Virus record (IMG/VR): IMGVR_UViG_3300020050_005616
DNA length: 20,000 nt
DNA from: an uncultured virus (IMG/VR IMGVR_UViG_3300020050_005616)
Taxonomy: Duplodnaviria > Heunggongvirae > Uroviricota > Caudoviricetes
Reading direction: 5' to 3' (one strand)
In this document: one piece after another, positions 15,448 through 20,000 of the stretch
Numbering within the stretch: position 1 is the stretch's first letter
How the letters are laid out: the number at the start of each line of letters is the position of its first letter
The notes under the pieces: model-generated
What the model was told of the DNA's origin: nothing
Databases searched by the model: none
Seen by the model: the letters and a program-made list of their open reading frames with translations, nothing else
Translations under genes and position numbers: made by a program

Positions 15448-15820
15448 TGAGACTATTACGTCTTTTATTAACTTCATCATAGCAATACATATCATTTTCT
15501 ACGTTAGAATGTTCTTCAAGTGTCAAAAGTATAATATTTTCTTCATCTAAACAAGCTTCAGGGTATTTTTCTTTAGCTAGTATGTGATGAAAATATGTAC
15601 TCATTGGCTCTTTGCCTAAATAATCACCACTCACTTCTGAATAGTGCCTTCTTTTCTTCCATATGTTAAGAAACATCTCTCTTTGTATGATATATCCATC
15701 ACTAACCACCTTTTTGGCAGTTAATGATGGTTTTATACCACTTTGTTGTAGTTGTTTTCTGGGTTTATGCTGAAAGCAATAGTCGCTATCAGAGTTTTTT
15801 CCGCATGTCTTGCAAACCAT
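15425..15820 (-). CDS. Degenerate HNH-type nuclease (NinG/Ref-like)
   Basis: N-terminal CxxC...C..H; FHHIL.K..YP....DEENIILLT.EEH is an HH-N-H arrangement. Confidence 0.65.
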   Translation of the reverse strand: MVCKTCGKNSDSDYCFQHKPRKQLQQSGIKPSLTAKKVVSDGYIIQREMFLNIWKKRRHYSEVSGDYLGKEPMSTYFHHILAKEKYPEACLDEENIILLTLEEHSNVENDMYCYDEVNKRRNSLNEKYSIL

Positions 15821-15971
15821 CTAAAATCTTTTTTTGTAGTTTAGTAAACTCAACATCTTCTTTTGTGCAATGACACAGTTTCACTGTAGCTGATAAATTA
15901 GAATTGTAGGGAGCAAACTTGTACCCCCCACATTTCTTACATATATCATTTATAGATAGACTAGTTTGCAT
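15789..15971 (-). CDS. Small Cys-containing (Zn-ribbon-like) hypothetical protein
   Basis: CKKCGG...CHC; fills the gap in the operon. Confidence 0.5.
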   Translation of the reverse strand: MQTSLSINDICKKCGGYKFAPYNSNLSATVKLCHCTKEDVEFTKLQKKILDGLQDMRKKL

Positions 15972-16269
15972 CTTTCACAAATTGACCATCAACCATCTTA
16001 CCTGTACGCTTAGAGATTACATTGTATGCACTTTCTAAACATTCTGTGAGGCTTACTCCTTGCATCTCTGCTTGGATAATGATTGTTACTAGAATATCTC
16101 CTAGAGCATCTACTATTTCTTCATCGTCATCCATTGCAATAGCAACCATAAGTTCTGTACATTCTTCCATTGTTTTACCAGCTTGAGCTATTGGTGTTCC
16201 CTTTAGAAAGATTCCTTTTTGTTCTGCCCATGCTATAACAAGAGCTTCTAATTCATTGTAACTTTTCAT
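15961..16269 (-). CDS. MazG-like nucleotide pyrophosphohydrolase
   Basis: WAEQKGI...Q..KTMEECTEL...DALGDILVT...CLESAYNVISKRTGKMVDGQFVKD. Confidence 0.85.
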   Translation of the reverse strand: MKSYNELEALVIAWAEQKGIFLKGTPIAQAGKTMEECTELMVAIAMDDDEEIVDALGDILVTIIIQAEMQGVSLTECLESAYNVISKRTGKMVDGQFVKDAN

Positions 16270-16270
16270 A

Positions 16271-16462
16271 TTATTTGTTTTCTAGTTCAATTATACTTCT
16301 CTTTAGATAGTTGGCCATATCTAAGCACTCTTCATATGAATGCTGTAGCCAATCTTTGAGCTCTAAATCAGTTCTCTCAAGTGTAGTATTATATTTCTTA
16401 ATACCCACTTGAGATCTCTGTAATAGATCAGCTCTTACTGCTTCAACTATTTTATCTATCAT
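16271..16462 (-). CDS. Conserved small phage protein (all-alpha NTP-PPase-like)
   Basis: RSQVGIKKYNTTL.R.DL...WLQH.YEE.LD.ANY. Confidence 0.6.
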   Translation of the reverse strand: MIDKIVEAVRADLLQRSQVGIKKYNTTLERTDLELKDWLQHSYEECLDMANYLKRSIIELENK

Positions 16463-17538
16463 TATACCTCAGAATCAAATAAGTTAGCTGGTTCTGGAAC
16501 TACAACATCTTCTTCCACTTCTATCTCTTCTATAGGAAGATCAGTTTCATTAATCTTAGCTACAATCTTATCTCTTAGCTCATCATAGAACTCTGGGTTA
16601 TCAAGTACAAGCTGTTTGAATTCTTCTAAGTCATACTTAGTTCCATCTACAGTCATAGTTTTACCATACTTACGTCCTAGTTCAAACTCATTAAGAAGAC
16701 TCATCATCTCATCAAGTTTATCTATACCTACACCATACACTATCTCAAATTCCGATTTACGATATGGAGGAGACATTTTATTCTTGATAGCTTTTAACTT
16801 AGTAATATTACCATAAGTTACATCACCATCTTTAGCTAAGCTTCTAGACACTTCTATTCTAGCATCACTGTAGAATTTTAATGCATGACCACCTTGAGTG
16901 GTAGTTGGATTACCAAACATAACACCAATCTTCTCTCTATACTGACTAATTACTATAACACATACATTATGTTGTGATAGAGCTCCTTTTAGCTTTGGGT
17001 AAGCATTACTATTCAATAAAGCCTTTCTACCTATTGTAGAGTCTCCTACATCACCATCAAGCATCTTCTTAGGAATCAATGATGAATCACTATCGATAAT
17101 CACAAGATCAATCTCTCCAGTGTTAATCATTTCCATTGCAATGTTGAATCCCTCTTCACCACATGATGGTTGAGCAATTAACATTTTAGTTGTGTCCACT
17201 CCCAATTTCTTGAAATAATTTTTATCAACAGCATGCTCACCATCGATATATAATACAGTACCTCCAGCTTTCTGACATTCTGCTGCAGCATGCCCACAGA
17301 TTGTAGATTTACCTGTACCTTCCCATCCCATAAGCTCATATAGCTTACCTTTTACAAATCCTCCTACACCTAGAGTGATGTGATCAAATCCAATACTTCC
17401 TGTACTGATAACATCATAATCTCCTCCTGTTTTAGAATCTAACGCTAATACTGAACCAACACCATAAGTCTTGTTCAATTTGTCTACTGCTTCTTGAAAC
17501 TTGTTATTAGTTTCTTTACTCACTGCTTTTTTTGCCAT
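16462..17538 (-). CDS. recA: RecA recombinase (phage-encoded)
   Basis: ISTGS, Walker A GWEGTGKST, YIDGEHA, VIIDS, SQYREKIGVMFGNPTTTQGGHALKFY, KNKMSPPY. Confidence 0.97.
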   Translation of the reverse strand: MAKKAVSKETNNKFQEAVDKLNKTYGVGSVLALDSKTGGDYDVISTGSIGFDHITLGVGGFVKGKLYELMGWEGTGKSTICGHAAAECQKAGGTVLYIDGEHAVDKNYFKKLGVDTTKMLIAQPSCGEEGFNIAMEMINTGEIDLVIIDSDSSLIPKKMLDGDVGDSTIGRKALLNSNAYPKLKGALSQHNVCVIVISQYREKIGVMFGNPTTTQGGHALKFYSDARIEVSRSLAKDGDVTYGNITKLKAIKNKMSPPYRKSEFEIVYGVGIDKLDEMMSLLNEFELGRKYGKTMTVDGTKYDLEEFKQLVLDNPEFYDELRDKIVAKINETDLPIEEIEVEEDVVVPEPANLFDSEV

Positions 17539-17559
17539 TTTTATTGATTTTTAATTGTT

Positions 17560-17591
17560 TAAAGATAATGAATTTTTGTGTTTTTTCCAAG
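17560..17591 (-). promoter_or_regulatory. Near-consensus Bacteroidota promoter for the recA operon
   Basis: On -: CTTG-N20-TATCTTTA, about 21 nt before the recA ATG; one mismatch in each box. Confidence 0.5.
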
Positions 17592-17595
17592 TGAA

Positions 17596-17797
17596 ATGTC
17601 AGGTTTCTTCCATCATTTACCTGACATATTTGTCCAGTTTTTGTGACATTTTACTGGACAAAATATTATCTAATTGTATCATATATAACACATTATAGAT
17701 AATATGTTAGTTTACCTTCTGTGGTAGGTTAGACCCCATAAATTAGGGTTTATCTATCTACAGTGGGTAAGGAATCCTTACATACCATAATAGGTAT
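17596..17797. repeat. Array of adjacent inverted repeats in non-coding DNA
   Basis: ATGTCAGGT-N14-ACCTGACAT; TTTGTCCAGT-N14-ACTGGACAAA; ATATTATCTA-N23-TAGATAATAT; GTAAGG-AAT-CCTTAC; ATACC-N6-GGTAT; two further wobble stems. Confidence 0.85.
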
Positions 17798-17852
17798 TCT
17801 TGGTGAAAAATAGGTATATCTGATCTGTTTTGGTGAAAAATGGGTTGAGGAT

Positions 17853-17881
17853 AAAAAAGCCCCAGATTTCTCTAGGGCCTT
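17853..17881 (-). terminator. Intrinsic terminator
   Basis: On -: AGGCCCTAGA-GAAA-TCTGGGGCTT then a T run; GNRA loop; 30 nt after the stop at 17912. Confidence 0.85.
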
Positions 17882-17911
17882 CTCAACAATTAAAAAACAG
17901 AACAGAACTTT

Positions 17912-18085
17912 TTATTCACTTGTTCTAAGTGATGTATTTCCTTTTTCACTCTTATCATAAGGACAATGTCTACATTCATTTCCACAGCATGGTCCTCTTT
18001 TCTCAAGATACTCTTTAGTGAAATGAATTCTTCCATCCTCTAAGTAGTAATCTCTTCCTAGTATAAACTCTTTTTTATTACTCAT
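17912..18085 (-). CDS. DUF5522-like Cys-rich small protein (57 aa, not in ORF track)
   Basis: MSNKKEFILGRDYYLEDGRIHFTKEYLEKRGPCCGNECRHCPYDKSEKGNTSLRTSE; RGxCCGxxCRHCPY signature; ATGA overlap with the upstream gene. Confidence 0.85.
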   Translation of the reverse strand: MSNKKEFILGRDYYLEDGRIHFTKEYLEKRGPCCGNECRHCPYDKSEKGNTSLRTSE

Positions 18086-18366
18086 ACCCTATTCATTTTA
18101 GATTCATATATGTGATAAGTAATTACAATTGGTGAATTATGACGTGTATGCATTAAATGTTCATATGTTAATTCATGTAATGTTTTATCACCACGTAATT
18201 GTTCAAGTTGTTCATTTGTATATAAAGCACTTCCTTTCTCACCAATAGTTTTAAATTTTTTTAAACCTAATATAGATATTTTATTTCTTGTAGATGCCTG
18301 ACTTATGCCTAACATAAATGATATCTCAGAAATAGTATAATACTTAACTTCTTTTATCACTTTCAT
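18082..18366 (-). CDS. Helix-turn-helix DNA-binding protein
   Basis: YYTISEISFMLGISQASTRNKI...LYTNEQLEQL, MerR/excisionase-like HTH pattern. Confidence 0.7.
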   Translation of the reverse strand: MKVIKEVKYYTISEISFMLGISQASTRNKISILGLKKFKTIGEKGSALYTNEQLEQLRGDKTLHELTYEHLMHTRHNSPIVITYHIYESKMNRV

Positions 18367-18589
18367 TTTTAGATTGTTTTATCAGTTCTCTTTCATCTTC
18401 AAATGAATATCTATATTTAGTATCCTTGTATTCTTCCATGATGAAAGGATTCTGTAGTTTTCTAAAGAAATTATCACTCTTAGTCTCTACAGCTAGAATA
18501 ACATGACTATCATTATACCCACAAACATGTCCTTGATACTTTGCATGTACAATTAACATGTTCTTATACTGGTTAAATACTTTTTCCAT
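18344..18589 (-). CDS. Hypothetical protein
   Basis: 81 aa, overlapping neighbours in operon. Confidence 0.7.
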   Translation of the reverse strand: MEKVFNQYKNMLIVHAKYQGHVCGYNDSHVILAVETKSDNFFRKLQNPFIMEEYKDTKYRYSFEDERELIKQSKNESDKRS

Positions 18590-18899
18590 CTTTGTCTAGG
18601 TTTAAACTTGCTAATCTATGTTGTATTTCAAATTCCACCTTTAGAATGAAGTTAATCTTCTCTTCAAGTTCTTGTTCTAGAATTCTTCCTGCAAATGGCA
18701 TAAGCTCTTGAAGGTTTGTTCTCACCTTTGCTAATCCATGTTGTGTAGTGATTTCACTGTATTTGAATCCAGGAATCCAAGTGAGATCAGTAAACACTTC
18801 ATCTACATAAGCTATTACAGATGGAATGTCTAGAAGTAAACCTGATCCATTCTCTAGATAGGCATTATATTTAATATTAAACTCTTTATTCTTTCTCAT
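18573..18899 (-). CDS. Hypothetical protein
   Basis: 108 aa with A-rich leader. Confidence 0.7.
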   Translation of the reverse strand: MRKNKEFNIKYNAYLENGSGLLLDIPSVIAYVDEVFTDLTWIPGFKYSEITTQHGLAKVRTNLQELMPFAGRILEQELEEKINFILKVEFEIQHRLASLNLDKDGKSI

Positions 18900-18920
18900 T
18901 TTTCTGTTGTTTTAAATTAG

Positions 18921-18947
18921 AGGGAGACAAATATACATCATCTCCCT
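18921..18947 (-). promoter_or_regulatory. -7 box (TATATTTG) enclosed by a 7-bp inverted repeat
   Basis: AGGGAGA (18921-18927) ... TCTCCCT (18941-18947); the spacer contains CAAATATA (18928-18935). Confidence 0.5.
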
Positions 18948-18959
18948 GGTTATTCCTAA

Positions 18960-19337
18960 TTATTCTTCTACTTTTGGAGATAGTTTGTTCTCTAAGATTT
19001 CAAATGCAGCTTCTACAGCAAATAGCTCTGCTTCTTTTCTAGTTTTCCAAGACTGAGTGGTAGCTTGATTCCCTATCTTGATTGTAAATGTTCCATCTGG
19101 ATATAAAGAATTCTCTATCACTATTTCATTCTCATCAAAGACATCAAATAACATTCTAGGATTTACATCTATTAATGTTCCCACCTTCTCTTCTTCTATC
19201 CCTTGATCAAGCATAAACTGCTTAAACTCTTCTGGCACTGATTCATCTTTGAATGATTCAATCATTGATTTTACAAACCATTCTTTTATTATATTAGCTG
19301 CTGCTGGATATTTCTCTAATAATTCTAGTCCTTTCAT
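18960..19337 (-). CDS. Hypothetical acidic protein
   Basis: 125 aa, in operon. Confidence 0.75.
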   Translation of the reverse strand: MKGLELLEKYPAAANIIKEWFVKSMIESFKDESVPEEFKQFMLDQGIEEEKVGTLIDVNPRMLFDVFDENEIVIENSLYPDGTFTIKIGNQATTQSWKTRKEAELFAVEAAFEILENKLSPKVEE

Positions 19338-19338
19338 A

Positions 19339-19542
19339 CTAATCTATTGTTAATTGTTTGTTTAATGCTATTCCTGCGTCTAACCACCATATTCTTTCAA
19401 AATCATATTCTGTTAGCGGTTCTTTCTTTTTACATGCCTGATATTTGATATCATACATTAAGCTAGCTAAGTGACAAAACTCTGCAGCTTTATCACTACC
19501 TACTTCTTCTATAATCGCTTCTAAGATGTCTCTATTGCACAT
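19339..19542 (-). CDS. Hypothetical protein
   Basis: 67 aa, in operon. Confidence 0.65.
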   Translation of the reverse strand: MCNRDILEAIIEEVGSDKAAEFCHLASLMYDIKYQACKKKEPLTEYDFERIWWLDAGIALNKQLTID

Positions 19543-20000
19543 ATTTCTTTTATTTTATCAAGTTCTAAAATTTCTTTTTGTTCATCCCAACCTTCCCACA
19601 CTTCAAAATCAATTCCAACAGTTAATTCAAGATCTATTCCTAACTTCTCTTGCCAGAATTCTATAAGGTCAGCTGCTTTGTTAAATATTCTATATTGTAA
19701 TGATAATTCATCTCTGTGTAATCCACTCTTAATAATTTTAATTATTTTTGGAAACAGCTTTTGAAAATCACTAGAAGTCTTAGAATATTTACCTTGTTTA
19801 ATTAGTTGAAAATCTTTTTTATATTTGTTATTAAGTTGATATACCACTACGACATACCCATCTTCATAATCATAGTCTTCTATGACAGTTTTAGTTCTTT
19901 CATATTCACTGTCTAGAAACTCTCTAAACTTATCTAAGTCTGTAGGTTTAAATAATAGATAGATTGATTCTTTATATTCATCTTCTCTTCTATCATCCTT
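19521..20000 (-). CDS. Hypothetical phage protein, 5' end outside the window
   Basis: The frame of ORF 19521..19847 stays open to 20000 (KDDRREDEYKESIYLLFKP...DYDYEDGYVVVVYQL...GKYSK), so GTG 19847 is internal. Confidence 0.8.
   Translation of the reverse strand, partial: KDDRREDEYKESIYLLFKPTDLDKFREFLDSEYERTKTVIEDYDYEDGYVVVVYQLNNKYKKDFQLIKQGKYSKTSSDFQKLFPKIIKIIKSGLHRDELSLQYRIFNKAADLIEFWQEKLGIDLELTVGIDFEVWEGWDEQKEILELDKIKEICAIETS

Noticed and set aside
463..16816. Other opposite-strand ORFs (463, 1067, 5032, 6967, 7119, 13859, 15238, 16616)
   Set aside because: Nested against better-supported genes and without recognisable motifs.
16462..17538. Bacterial chromosome origin suggested by recA, trxA and groES
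   Set aside because: The genes are divergent, lack their usual chromosomal neighbours (recX, groEL) and sit among small phage-type ORFs.
17596..17845. CRISPR mini-array or tRNA in the non-coding region
   Set aside because: No repeated 25-40 bp unit with spacers (only two 12-bp copies) and no cloverleaf or T-loop GTTCRA motif seen.
1..20000. Stop-codon reassignment as in some Bacteroidota phages
   Set aside because: Genes tile densely under the standard code, recognisable proteins are intact, and TAA, TAG and TGA all end coupled genes.

Overview
AT-rich, gene-dense segment of a tailed bacteriophage genome. The host is probably Bacteroidota, judged from TAnnTTTG -7 promoter boxes, one perfect TTTG-N20-TAAATTTG promoter and A-rich leaders without Shine-Dalgarno sites. 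The + strand block (413-11653) holds a lysis cassette (holin-like genes, DUF5675-type endolysin, spanin-like pair), fibre/decoration-like proteins with Thr/Ser-rich tracts, a glycosyltransferase, a ferritin/Dps-like protein and six very basic proteins punctuated by KxGG/KAQxG motifs. It converges at a terminator (11655-11681) with a - strand block: three glycosyltransferases (one a GT6 fused to a methyltransferase), GroES-like, thioredoxin, degenerate HNH, MazG-like, RecA, a hairpin-rich non-coding stretch, HTH and hypothetical genes. The best candidate for a new system is phage-encoded virion protein O-glycosylation: a GT whose motifs resemble plant peptide O-glycosyltransferases (HPAT/GT95, SERGT/GT96) sits among genes for poly-Thr-tailed mini-proteins and Pro-free Gly-Thr-Ser collagen-like proteins, with further GTs and a methyltransferase nearby. 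All family calls come from visual motif recognition; no searches were run.
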